Origin: a virus
Lineage: Duplodnaviria > Caudoviricetes
DNA: 63,494 bases
IMG/VR virus record: IMGVR_UViG_3300018422_000004
Span: 1-63,494 of that record
Strand: one strand, 5' to 3'
The translations under genes and the position numbers were made by a program. The notes under the pieces are model-generated. The model was given only the letters and a program-made list of their open reading frames with translations, did not search any database and was not told the origin of the DNA. Positions 36,343 to 47,300 of the stretch are shown here, piece after piece. How positions within the stretch are numbered: the first letter of the stretch is position 1; every line of letters starts with the position of its first letter.

Positions 36343-39300
36343 TTAACGACGGCCAAAGACGATCTGAGGGTCACCACCCCGAGAACGAATCGAATTCGCG
36401 ATCTCCTCTAGGAGGTTGTCCATGAACCGGTTACCGGTCAACCGGAACGACAGGTTCGACATATCCACTTTCACCGCACCCCCAGCTTGAGTCTTCTGTC
36501 CGTGCAGTGGCATGGGTGCGTACAACGGATTAGCTCTCGTCATGCTGGCCATGCCACCGGCGGTGTGGAACATGGTTCGTAACGTGGCCTGCGGTAACCG
36601 CCCCACAGGTGCCGGACCCGCGGGGCCACCAACACCACCAGGAACAGTCGGGATACCACCGCCACCACCACCGGGGGCGCCCCCCCGGAAACGTTCCAGC
36701 AGTTTCTGGATCCATTCCCACGCGCGTTCGTCACGCAGGTTGATGCCACCGCGACTCATCGGCATCACATCCGCGCCAGCCAACGGAACCAGCGCGAAAC
36801 CTTTACGCCGCGCGGTTTCACCGAGAATCGCCGTGGACCACGGAGAATCGTTAATGGGAATGAACGCTTCGTCGTCGGTCATTCGGTCCCCGATAACCCG
36901 CAAAGTACGGGGCGGGACTATCCGCGCGGTACGACCCGACATGGGTTGCATACGGTTAGCTGCGTTGTTGTGCCCTAGCGTTCCACCGGGAGCCATAGCC
37001 ACCGCGCCATCAGTCATGATCATGCCGCCGTCACCGAAGAACCGGCGAACTGTGTCAATGAACGTCGTGACGACGTGACCGTTGAGACCGTTCAGTGCGT
37101 TCCACACGTCGCGGACAACACTGGAGGTGTTGTCTTGTGCGTTGATAGCTGTGTCGCTACGGTCCGGGACACCGTTAATGGCGCCGGTGGCGCTGCCAGC
37201 GGCGGCTACCGCACCACCAGGGTCACCGTTGAACGCGGTGGGGTGATCACCTGGAACTGCGTTGATGCTGCCAGTGGCAGTACCAGCCTTTGACATGATG
37301 TCGATCACGTCGCCACCGAACATGGTCAGCCAGGTTTGCGGCGCGGCATTGATCTGCGCGACCGCGGTGGCGGCCTGCGGTGACAGTTGGCTGATATCTC
37401 CGGTGAACGTCGTCACCCGCCGATCTGGCACTTTCCCAGTCTCGGTTTGCGCCATTACCGCGACCGCGCCGAGGTTAATCATGTCCCCGGCGAACCTAGT
37501 GAACCAGTTCTGCGGGACAGAATTGATATAGGTGATAGCGGCCTGGGTGTCCGCATTCATCGACGAGGTATCCAGGCTGATAATGACGTCCTTACCCGGG
37601 GGAACCTCCTCAACCGCCTCTCCAACACCCCTGACAGCGCCAGCTGCGGCATTCGCAGCGCCCGGGACCTGGTTGAAGGCCTCCGAGGCCGCCCTGGTTC
37701 TGACCTGCAACGCAGTCCAGTCCAGCAAGGCCCCTTTGATATCACCTGCCAGGATCTTCTGTCCGATACCTGCCAGCGTGATCAGATTGTCAGCGAGTGT
37801 CCCGGCCACAGCGATCGCGTTGCCGATACCCACCACGAGGTCACCCAAAAACGGGATAATGCCCTTCAGGGAGGGCTCCATGCGCTCAAACGCGGTAGCG
37901 AGCCCCTCGAAGTTCTCCGCGATGTCCGGGCCCACCGCGATGACAACTCGCTCGATGACACCGATGATTCTCTCGAAAGCCGGAACGGCTTTGTTCGCGA
38001 TGTCCACGAACGTCGGTGTCATGTTCGTGATCGCACTGCTGATCTTGTCCAGCAACGGAATGATATCGACATTCGCGCCCATATCGACGAATGCTTTGCC
38101 GATGCTCTCAACCAACCGGACAATCGCCGCAGTGACCGGACCGGCCTTGGCCATAAGTCGATCCCACGCGCCACCCGCGTCATCAACATAATCACGGAAC
38201 CGGGTGATGCCGTCATTAATCGCACCCAGGGTGGCTTGAAACGCACCCGTACGGTTCGCGGAATCCCACAGATCCTTGAACAAGCCCGACAGGTTCCCGA
38301 CCACCTCCAGCACCTGCCGCAACACAGTCACGCCCTGCTGGAAAAACGTTGCGAGTTCCCCGGTGCGGCGCCCCTCGGCCATGAACTGCTGGAACGCGAG
38401 GGCGCCTTCCTGGATCAGCCCCACCAACGAATCCACCGCGGGTTGCGCGGCAATCGCCATGTCGGTGAGGCCGAGGAATACCAGTTGGAAAGCGGTTCCC
38501 AGTCCACGAATCGTGGCGCCCGACGACCTCATCAACTCTTCAAGGTCGGACTTAAACGTGGAGGATTTAAGGATGTTGGAGAATCCACTGGCCACGTCGG
38601 AAAGCGCTCCTGTGATGACCGGAGCGACCCGCTGGAACACCGGAACCAGCCCATTCACAGCACCCAGCAGCTCAGTCAGCGCCGGACGGAGCTGGTTACG
38701 GATATCGGCGACCAGCGGCTCGAAAGCCTTCTTCGTGTTCTCCAGTTCCTTCTTGAGACCCTCATCACCGAACGCGATAGCCAACGTGCCGACCGCGATA
38801 CCAACCGGAATGAGCAGGCCCGGCAAAGTCCCCAACAAGCCGGTCAAGGGGACAATCCCTGACGCTAAAGCGATGACCGCGCCACCGAGTTGACCGATAC
38901 CCGCAACAGCGATCGACGCGGCACCAGCAATCAAAGAACCGATACCCACCAGCACGGCCCCAGTGACCGCGAGCTGAGCAGCCGCAGCCGCCGCACTGGA
39001 CACCAGGCTGGTGAGCGAACCTGTTACCTGGCCACCGCTTTTCGCGATCGAGGCCCCCAGCGAAGTCATCGCAGACCCGGCCTGGGTGCCCAGGCCAGTC
39101 AGGGAACCAACAACGGATACCGCCGCACCGAGACCAGACAGCGCCACCCCGACACCACCGGCGAGAACGCCAAAAGCGGTACCAAGGGCACCAGTAGTGC
39201 GACGCAGCGAGTTACCGTCCCGGTCAACGCTCGCCATCGCCCGCCGTAGCAACGCAAACTCGGCCAGAGCCGACGTCGCATTGAACCGCGCGTCGATCGT

Positions 39301-40053
39301 GACGTCCTGCGCGGCCAGCAGTTGCAGGCGCGACTGCAACGCGGCGATCTCAGTGCGGATCCGGGCATCAGCCAGGTCCGGTGTGATCGTAGGATCAAGC
39401 AGCGTCTGGAGCTGCGCCCGGACCGCCGCCATTTCACGGTCCACGTCCGAGGAATCCGCGGTGAGTTCGATTTCCGGTAACGCTTTGGTGGCCGCCACGA
39501 GCCTGGCACGCATCAAGGCCGCGAACGCACCGACCTGCCGCTCAGCTGACTCCGTATCCGCCTCAACGGCCAGGGTCGCGGTGCGTTGCCGCTCAAGCCG
39601 ACCGAGGTTACTTTCCAGGCCCGCGATTTCCGCTTTAGCCCTGGACACGTCGGCAGTAACGTTAAGTCGGGCGTCCTTGAGGGTAGCTAGTTCCGCTTTG
39701 AGCTGTTCGAGCCGCTTGCGCGCGATCTCAGTTCGGGCCGTGACCTCAACACTCGCGGGTTGGTCCTGGAGCCGTTTCAGCTCCCGTTCAACACCGCTGA
39801 TACTGGCCTTAGCGGTCGCTGTGTCCGCGTCGATCTGGAGTTTGACGTTGTTGAGGTTATCCAGCTCCGCTTTGAGTTCCGTGAGCTTGCGCTGCGCCTC
39901 TTTAATAACCAGGTCGACACTGGGGTTGGCCCTGGTTTGGTCGAGCAACCTGAGTTTGCGCTGGAACTCGTCGACACCACCAGCGAGTTGCTTGAACGCA
40001 CTCGACGCCTCACGGTAGCGCGCCCCGATATCGAAGTTGAGTTGCGAAGACAC
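36343..40053 (-). CDS. tape measure protein
   Basis: ~1240 aa, Ala/Gly-rich helical; C-terminal GD...EAFIP motif. Confidence 0.88.
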   Translation of the reverse strand: MSSQLNFDIGARYREASSAFKQLAGGVDEFQRKLRLLDQTRANPSVDLVIKEAQRKLTELKAELDNLNNVKLQIDADTATAKASISGVERELKRLQDQPASVEVTARTEIARKRLEQLKAELATLKDARLNVTADVSRAKAEIAGLESNLGRLERQRTATLAVEADTESAERQVGAFAALMRARLVAATKALPEIELTADSSDVDREMAAVRAQLQTLLDPTITPDLADARIRTEIAALQSRLQLLAAQDVTIDARFNATSALAEFALLRRAMASVDRDGNSLRRTTGALGTAFGVLAGGVGVALSGLGAAVSVVGSLTGLGTQAGSAMTSLGASIAKSGGQVTGSLTSLVSSAAAAAAQLAVTGAVLVGIGSLIAGAASIAVAGIGQLGGAVIALASGIVPLTGLLGTLPGLLIPVGIAVGTLAIAFGDEGLKKELENTKKAFEPLVADIRNQLRPALTELLGAVNGLVPVFQRVAPVITGALSDVASGFSNILKSSTFKSDLEELMRSSGATIRGLGTAFQLVFLGLTDMAIAAQPAVDSLVGLIQEGALAFQQFMAEGRRTGELATFFQQGVTVLRQVLEVVGNLSGLFKDLWDSANRTGAFQATLGAINDGITRFRDYVDDAGGAWDRLMAKAGPVTAAIVRLVESIGKAFVDMGANVDIIPLLDKISSAITNMTPTFVDIANKAVPAFERIIGVIERVVIAVGPDIAENFEGLATAFERMEPSLKGIIPFLGDLVVGIGNAIAVAGTLADNLITLAGIGQKILAGDIKGALLDWTALQVRTRAASEAFNQVPGAANAAAGAVRGVGEAVEEVPPGKDVIISLDTSSMNADTQAAITYINSVPQNWFTRFAGDMINLGAVAVMAQTETGKVPDRRVTTFTGDISQLSPQAATAVAQINAAPQTWLTMFGGDVIDIMSKAGTATGSINAVPGDHPTAFNGDPGGAVAAAGSATGAINGVPDRSDTAINAQDNTSSVVRDVWNALNGLNGHVVTTFIDTVRRFFGDGGMIMTDGAVAMAPGGTLGHNNAANRMQPMSGRTARIVPPRTLRVIGDRMTDDEAFIPINDSPWSTAILGETARRKGFALVPLAGADVMPMSRGGINLRDERAWEWIQKLLERFRGGAPGGGGGGIPTVPGGVGGPAGPAPVGRLPQATLRTMFHTAGGMASMTRANPLYAPMPLHGQKTQAGGAVKVDMSNLSFRLTGNRFMDNLLEEIANSIRSRGGDPQIVFGRR

Positions 40054-40121
40054 AGGAAAGCCACCGCCCTCCACGGAAAAGTACTACTGGGATTACGCGG
40101 TGGGCGGTGGCCCGATTGTGT

Positions 40122-40508
40122 TTACGTAGCGCTGGCCTGCTCAGGCTCGGCGTCAGTGGCGTGCTCGACGGTGGTGGCGTCTGGCTGCTCCAGGTGCTCC
40201 GCCGCAGCAGCAGCGATGGCAGCTTTGTCACCCTCAGTCAAGTCGAAACTCAAACCCGCCGCGAAATCAGCCAGCGACAAACTGTCGATCTCCGCCCAAT
40301 CAACCGGCTCACCGGCCCGTTTCCGGAGCAGAAACACCAAACCAGCGAGCACATCCGGATCCAATCGACCCAAATTCTCCAATCCCTCAGCCCAGTCCGT
40401 GATCGTCAAACCAGTCTGGCGTTTAATGGCCCGCGCCTCACCGATCGACGGCTCCTTCAACGGCCCCAGATCGGACTCATACGTTTTATCCCCGAGCGTG
40501 AGCTTCAC
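40122..40508 (-). CDS. tail assembly-associated protein
   Basis: directly upstream of the tape measure gene; chaperone-like size. Confidence 0.55.
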   Translation of the reverse strand: MKLTLGDKTYESDLGPLKEPSIGEARAIKRQTGLTITDWAEGLENLGRLDPDVLAGLVFLLRKRAGEPVDWAEIDSLSLADFAAGLSFDLTEGDKAAIAAAAAEHLEQPDATTVEHATDAEPEQASAT

Positions 40509-40969
40509 TTTGATCCTTCGATTCGTCTCGCCGTGTTATCCATAGCGCGCTGCACCGCGTCCCGCGCTTTAGGTTCCGCGCGACCCGTCGGATCAGAGAA
40601 CCAGCCAGGTTTCACAGCATGGGTGAACCAATGCCGGCGATTGCCGTAAAGCGGAGCCCGTAACCGACCACGGTCAATATCAGCGATTTGGCGCCTCGAC
40701 ACCGCGGTGATCCGCATCCCCACCGAGCTGCCCGTGAACCGCCACTTCGTGTGAACCGGGACATCAGCAATAATCCGCGCCAACCCACCACGATGCGGCA
40801 ACTTCATCAAAGCCGACACCTTGATCTCCGCTTTGATACGCGGCTCAATACGCCCAATCCCCAAACGCAACTCACGGCGCAGGATCTCGTCACCATCACG
40901 CAAACGCCGACCCAACCTGATGAACTGCTCCCGGCCCTGCACAGTGACCTGCACCGGTACACGAGGCAT
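40505..40969 (-). CDS. HK97 gp10-like neck/tail completion protein
   Basis: basic; GRLRAPLYGNRRHW..H.V.PGWF. Confidence 0.65.
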   Translation of the reverse strand: MPRVPVQVTVQGREQFIRLGRRLRDGDEILRRELRLGIGRIEPRIKAEIKVSALMKLPHRGGLARIIADVPVHTKWRFTGSSVGMRITAVSRRQIADIDRGRLRAPLYGNRRHWFTHAVKPGWFSDPTGRAEPKARDAVQRAMDNTARRIEGSK

Positions 40970-40973
40970 TAGC

Positions 40974-41740
40974 TCACTCCAGTTCCGGGTTACGAATCAG
41001 GCCAGCACTCCGACCGCGGATTTCACTGATCTCAGGTGCGCACTGCGTTCTTTCAAGAACAATGCAGCCTTCGCAGTCGATGAACGTCCCGACATACGCC
41101 CTACGGTGACCACCCTGGCTCTCGTCCCATTCCTCCGGTCGGGTGTGGCACACCGGGCATTCCTTCGCTTTGCGCGCATACCACCAGATCGCTTTGTCCC
41201 GGTCGCTGGTCAACTTCGCCAGGAACTCACTGTGGAAAATCTTGAAATCCGCGCAGACCGCCAACTCAACCGCCAGCTGGGGATCTACGTCTAGCCTTTT
41301 CCCAGATCGGGGTCCGGGGCGCGATAGTTCAACTCCCACACAGTGTTAAACAGCTCAATCGATTCGCCCGCTGTCATCGGACCAGTGGCGCCTAGGTATT
41401 CAGTCCAATCCTCCTCGGTCACATCACTATCGATGCACGCCGCGAACAGTGCTGGTGCGAACGTTTTCGGGTTAAACAGCACCGCCTTGTTCCGCTCCCG
41501 CTGACCCGCGGTCGGCGGATGCTCCTCCAGCAACGCCTCCATCAACCCAGGAGGCAACGCAGTGATGGCGACCTGCTCATAGCAGGCATCAACGGCTTCT
41601 TGCGCGAGCGCGATCCGGGTATCGTCACCAGCGGCTCGGGCCGCCAGAAGCTCAGCCCGAGCCGCAGTGTCGTCATCAATACGCAAGCTGTACCGGGTCG
41701 AAGGCAGCTTCCGTCCAGACAGCCGATCCTTCAGGCCCAT
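40974..41740 (-). CDS. tail assembly chaperones G/GT with -1 frameshift
   Basis: 41291-41740 ends G-GGA-AAA (slippery site 41297-41303); the -1 frame is ORF 40974-41339. Confidence 0.8.
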
Positions 41741-42231
41741 TAGGCAGGAATCGCCAGCGACTGACCAGGCTGGCGGGTGATGCTGAAGCTGATCTGCACC
41801 TTGGTGGCTTCCCCACCGGTCGCAGTACGCATGATCCCCACAGATGTGACGGTAACCGGATAAGTTTCCATCTTATTCGCGGCGATATCACCACCATCCA
41901 TAAAACAGATGTAGCCGGTGGTGTTCCGGGGCAGTAGCGCCCGGACGTCCACACCAGACTTCGAGGAGTAGAACGTGATACTCGAATCCGGGGACGATGT
42001 ACTACCCGGGATGCGGGACTGGAACAGGTTCAACATGTCGGGGGTGTCGATCTGTGCGCCCTCAACTGTCCAACCGGAGAGGTCGTTGATCTCACCGGAC
42101 AGGTCGGTGCCGGCGTTGAGTTCCGCGCGGGTGGGGGTGAGGTTCGCTGCGGCGATGGTCGGCAGGTAGTAAACCTTCGTGACTGCCTGATCGGTGAACC
42201 GCGTGCTCGCGGTCAATGCGGGGGTGGGCAT
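41740..42231 (-). CDS. major tail (tube) protein
   Basis: PTRAELNAG.DL..EI..LSGW...TPD...F...IPG; position before the chaperones. Confidence 0.88.
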   Translation of the reverse strand: MPTPALTASTRFTDQAVTKVYYLPTIAAANLTPTRAELNAGTDLSGEINDLSGWTVEGAQIDTPDMLNLFQSRIPGSTSSPDSSITFYSSKSGVDVRALLPRNTTGYICFMDGGDIAANKMETYPVTVTSVGIMRTATGGEATKVQISFSITRQPGQSLAIPA

Positions 42232-42611
42232 GGGTTACTCCTTGCCGATACTGGTTGTTGTGGGGTGGCTGTTATTCATCGTCGGAAACGGTTCGCCACC
42301 CGGATGCGCGGAGGAATGGGACAGCGGAGTCGGGGACTTCAATGGGTTGATCGGGAAGTGCGGGGTGCGTCATCGTCGTCACCGCTGCCGTCCTCCTCTT
42401 CGCTGCTGTTGTTTTCCGCGGGCTCGGTCACCGGCTCGACGGTTTCGGGGAGTGGTACTCGGATGAGTCGGGTTTCTTCCCGGAATTCGGCGATCTCTTC
42501 ATCGGACGCTGACCGCCAACCCGCGGCGCGGTGCATGGGGACCGAGGAGTCGGGAACATCGATCCACTGCTCGGACGGCAGTTCGGGGTGAATGAGAATT
42601 GGCATGGTTCG

Positions 42612-42935
42612 TCACACCCGCAACGCGGCGATGGTCACGGTCGTGGTGGGCGAGCACGTCACGGTCGCTAAACCAGTCGCGGGGTCGCGATAGAATTCGG
42701 CCGGGATTTTGATCATCTTCTCGGTGGCGTTAGTGACGACCACCGCCCGATCGGCGATAGCGAGACCATCAACGGTTCCCGGCGTGGTGATCGTGACCGT
42801 GGTCGGTGCACCACCACCGTTCTTCACGTGAATGAAATCCGTGGTACCGGGCACGACAGTGTCGCTCGCCGCGACCGCCTGGTAAGTAACCGCGATACCG
42901 GCGGTAACAATGTCTTGGGTAGTGAGTAAGGCCAT
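42612..42935 (-). CDS. virion structural protein
   Basis: beta-rich; HVKNG.....VTIT.PG. Confidence 0.6.
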   Translation of the reverse strand: MALLTTQDIVTAGIAVTYQAVAASDTVVPGTTDFIHVKNGGGAPTTVTITTPGTVDGLAIADRAVVVTNATEKMIKIPAEFYRDPATGLATVTCSPTTTVTIAALRV

Positions 42936-43004
42936 GTGAAATCCTCCATTGGGAAGGCATGCGAAAAAGCCCGCCCAACAGGCGGGTGCGTCAAAAGTGG
43001 GAGA

Positions 43005-43439
43005 TCAGAAAACGATGGCGTTGATGGTGAAGTTGACGGCGCATTCGCAACCGTCCTCGGTCTGGTACTGCGCGGCACTGACCGTGTTCAACCGAGCCCG
43101 GGACACCGCGCCACCCAACGTCGGATCAGTTCGCAGCGCGTTACGGATTCCTTCGAGCAGCGCATCAGCGCGATCCCGCACAGTTTTCATCACAGTGCCG
43201 CCATCCCACGCTGACGCCAGGCCCTCAACCTCGAACACCTGCCGGTCATTGTTGAAATCCGCGGGCTCAGCCACCCAAGACACGGTGGGACCCTCCGTGG
43301 GTAGCCAACCGATGGCGATGACGTCTGGTTCCGCGGGACGCGCCAGCCACGGCCCGTCATCGATACGCACCCCGGTGAGATCCGCAGACGACCGCAGTAG
43401 CGCAAGGAGACCATCAACGGCAGCAGGGAACGCGGTCAC
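43005..43439 (-). CDS. tail terminator
   Basis: ALRTDPTLGGAV motif. Confidence 0.7.
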   Translation of the reverse strand: MTAFPAAVDGLLALLRSSADLTGVRIDDGPWLARPAEPDVIAIGWLPTEGPTVSWVAEPADFNNDRQVFEVEGLASAWDGGTVMKTVRDRADALLEGIRNALRTDPTLGGAVSRARLNTVSAAQYQTEDGCECAVNFTINAIVF

Positions 43440-43458
43440 TGGAATGCTCCTAAGGAAC

Positions 43459-44277
43459 TCAAGCCATCATCGGCATTCTGCGGTCCGGATCCAACAACTC
43501 CAGGACCCGGCGCGGGACCATGAAACTGATTCCCGGGATCGGTGTGAGGTCGTCGGTACGGCTACTGGGCCGGCGGGCTTGGATGTGACCGCGTTGGGTT
43601 TCCCACATGTGCCCGACGATGACTTTCGCGGCCATCGTCATCGTGGCCGGCACAATCCGCCGGCCGGCGCTGTAGGTGACCCGCAACGGTCCAACGAATG
43701 GTGTGCCGTCGAGTCGACGCACAATCCCGGTGGTCGCGTCGAGATCGACGTCACCCACGGCGTAGGTGATTCCACCGGTCCACACCGGTGCGATAGACGC
43801 CAGCGCCAGCACCGGTGGGTGATTAAGTGTCAACAGGTTGCCTGGACCGTGGACTTCCGACACGGTCCGGACCACAACGGGCCCGACCACGTTTTCCACG
43901 ACCCTCGTCGCGGCCTCAATAAATCCGCGCAGTTCTTCATCATCGACAGCGGTCGTGAGGTTCAGGTGTTGCTTCATGTCGTACAGGGACACGAGGTAAG
44001 GCGGGGTGGCTTCCCGGACATCGAAGATGTCGGAATAGCCGCTGGCGTTGACCCCGGTGGCTACCCAGCGCGCGGTGTGCCGCCCGGCCATCGTGGGTGT
44101 GTAGTCAGCCTGGTAAATGCCCGCGCTGGGATTGGTCACCGCCGGAACAGCAGTGGTCAGGTCTGGCAGTGTGACCGTGAGCGTGACGAGAGTGGCGTTC
44201 GCGAGGTTGCCGGTCGCGTCCCGAGTTTCGATGGTGAGTGGCACGGTGTCGGCCAAGTCGTAAGGAATAGTCGCCAC
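43459..44277 (-). CDS. head-tail adaptor with N-terminal Ig-like domain
   Basis: VSL..MK.HLN...DDEELR.FI.AAT...TY.AG...A...HMWETQR. Confidence 0.8.
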   Translation of the reverse strand: MATIPYDLADTVPLTIETRDATGNLANATLVTLTVTLPDLTTAVPAVTNPSAGIYQADYTPTMAGRHTARWVATGVNASGYSDIFDVREATPPYLVSLYDMKQHLNLTTAVDDEELRGFIEAATRVVENVVGPVVVRTVSEVHGPGNLLTLNHPPVLALASIAPVWTGGITYAVGDVDLDATTGIVRRLDGTPFVGPLRVTYSAGRRIVPATMTMAAKVIVGHMWETQRGHIQARRPSSRTDDLTPIPGISFMVPRRVLELLDPDRRMPMMA

Positions 44278-44377
44278 CTCCGATTCATGTACAGTTCCGA
44301 ATCCGAAAAAGTGGGCATGCCGAAAGACCCGGATTCGAGAAACCCGAATCGGGGGTCTTTCGGTGCAGTGACTCGTG

Positions 44378-47300
44378 CTAGTCCGACATGATTGCCACAG
44401 TGCGCTGCTGCCCGGACATGGTCGCCGTGGTGCGGTGCTGCGATGACATGGCCACCACGGTGCGGCGCCAACTGGACATGATCACCACGGCGCGTTGCCG
44501 CGATGCCATTCCCGGTGCGTTCCGGGACAGTTCGGTCATCGAGCCTCGGCTGGATCGCTCACCAGTTGCAGTACCAGCGAGCCCGCCCAACGCTGAAGTG
44601 GCGACACCAGTGAACTCCAGTGCCCCGACCGCGACGCCAGTAAGTCCGGCCACTGAACACACGCCTGTGGCATGCACAGTTCTCGTGCCAGTGATCGCAT
44701 CAGCCAAAGCACCCAGTGACGCAAGGGCCGTGCCGTGGACAGACCGTGCACCAGTCGCGGTGGCGGTCAGGGTCGCCAGATCAGCCCACGCGGTACCGGG
44801 AAGGCTCGGTGACCCCGATGTCGAGGCGCTGACCCCACCCAGTGATGCGCTCCCAGCACCGATGACGATGCGGATCCCGGTCGCGGTCGCCGAGATCGCA
44901 CCCAAAGGCGCATCGGCCGATCCGAGTGCCATCCCCGCCCCGGACACGGTCCCCGTCAGCGGACCCAGTGCGGCGTTAGCAGTGCCGGTCGTGGAGCGCT
45001 CACCCGTAGCCGTCGCTGTTACGGCACCCAACTGGCCTGCGGTGACACCCGACACCGTGACGGTTCCGGTCGCCGCCGAGGTCACCGCACCCAGCGAAGC
45101 TGCCACCGTGGCGGTGACGGTCGGTGCGGTGACCACAGCGGTCACCAACGCACCCAACGTCACCGAAGCAGTACCTGTGACCATCCGGGTGCCCGCCACG
45201 GCAGCTGTTGCAGTGCCGAAGCTGGCGTGGCCGGTACCGGTGACCGACCGCACACCGGTGGCGGTGCCGGTGAGCGAACCGAGTCCGTTACTGGCGATAC
45301 CCGCTGTGTCCGGTCCGCCATCGGTGGCGGCAGTCAACGCGTCGAGCGGACTCGCGGCGGTCCCCGTAACCGCACGGGTACCGGTCGCCAACGCGAGTAG
45401 TCCGCCGGACGCTGTGTTCCCGGTGCCGGGTTCGTCGGGTCCGGCCGCGACAGCACCAGCGAACTGACCGAGCGTGGCCGACGCCGCACCAAGCGCGGTT
45501 CGAGTACCAGTGGCTGTGGCAGTGAAGACACCCAGGACCGCGCTGCTGGTGCCGGGTTCGGCGATACTGCCCGACGCTGAACATGACAGCGCACCAAGCG
45601 TGGCAGCCGCCGAACCGGCTGCGGTTCGCGTACCGGCAACTGCGCCAGTAAGGAAACCGAGAGACACCACCGCGGTCCCGGGTTCGTCGGGTCCACCGGT
45701 GATGACACCAGTGAGTTGCCCGAGCGAACCGGTAGCGGTACCGGTGATGGATCGAAGGCCGGTGGCGGTGCCAGTCAGTGCGCCTTGTGCTGCTGTTGCC
45801 TCGCCCGCGGTGTCCGGTCCACCCGCAGTCGTGGCAGTGAGGCCACCGAGTGGTGCCGCTGCTGTCCCCACCGTCGATCGGGTACCGCTGGCCGTACCGG
45901 TCAGCGCACCCAGTGCTGTGGTCCCGGCACCGGTCTCAGTCGCGCCACCTGTAGCTGCGGCCGTGAGTGCACCGAGGTCGGTGGCAGCGCTGCCACTGCG
46001 GCTGACAACACCGCTGGTGGTGGCAGCCAGTGACCCCAGGGAACCCGCTGCCACACCGACCTCAACAGCCCCACCACTGGCCGTCGCTACCAGGGCACCG
46101 AGCGAGGCCGCTGCGGTGCCGTTGGCTACCCGAGTGCCGGCGACGGCGGCCGTCAACAACCCGAGCGCACCGGCCGCAGTGCCCGTCTCGGTCCGACCAC
46201 CAGCGACGGTCGCTGCCAGTGCACCCAGTGACGCGGCGGCGCTGCCAGTGACCGATCTAGTACCGGTGATCGTCGTGGTCAGCGCACCGAGCGCCGAGGT
46301 CGCTGTCCCGGCCTCATCGGGCCCACCAGCCACCGTGGCAGTAAGCGATCCGAGGCTACTGGCAGCGGTACCCGTGATCGCCTGGAAGGCGTTCCCGGTC
46401 GCTATACCGGTCAACGCACCTAGATTGGTTACCGCCGTGCCGGGTGCACTCCGCGCCCCTGCCGCTGTAGCGGTGAGGGCGCCTAGAGTCGCCGCGACTG
46501 TACCTGCGGTGTCCGGTCCACCACCGGCCGTACTGCTAAGCGGACCGAGAGAACTGGTAGCGGTACCCGATGTCAACCGGGTACCGGCAAGCGTCCCGGT
46601 GATGCCGCCGAGGTTCGCGGTACCGACACCTGCAGTATCCGGCCCGCCACTGGTGTTGGACGTGAATCCCGCTAGGCTGCTGACCGCCGATCCGGTGACC
46701 GTCCGAGTCGCAGCCGCTACGGCAGTGAGAGACCCGAAGGCTGATGCTGCGGCGCCGCCAGTGGCGGGTATGCCGAGCGCGGCGGCCGTCAGTCCACTGA
46801 GGTTCGTCGCCGCGGTACCCGACGTCGTCCGTGTACCGGTTACGGTCGAAGCTAGTGCCCCGAGATCGCTCCAGGCAGTACCGGTGACGGCCGTGGTTCC
46901 CGTCGCGGTCGAGGTGAGGCCACCCAGGGTGGCTGTCGCGGTGGCACCGACCGCCGCCCGGGTACCGATGGTGGTGCCGTTCAGCGAACCCAGCGCCGCG
47001 ACCGCGGCACCCGCGGACGGGGACAAAACGAACCCGGCCGCAGTTGCTGTCAATCCGCCGAAATTGACGACGACGACACCCGCGACGATCGAGAACCCGG
47101 CCCCGGGGGGGACCGCGAGTGTCCACGTAGTCCAGCCACCACTGGCGGAAGTGAAGGCACCCGGATTTTCCGAAGCGGCGTTGAGTTGCCGCTCAGCGCT
47201 AGCAACTGACGCGCTAGTGCTATCCACCCCGGTAATGGAGTTCAGGTTGGAATAGTTCGCCGGGGCTGCAGTGGCGGGCGTCGTGCCTGACCCATGACGG

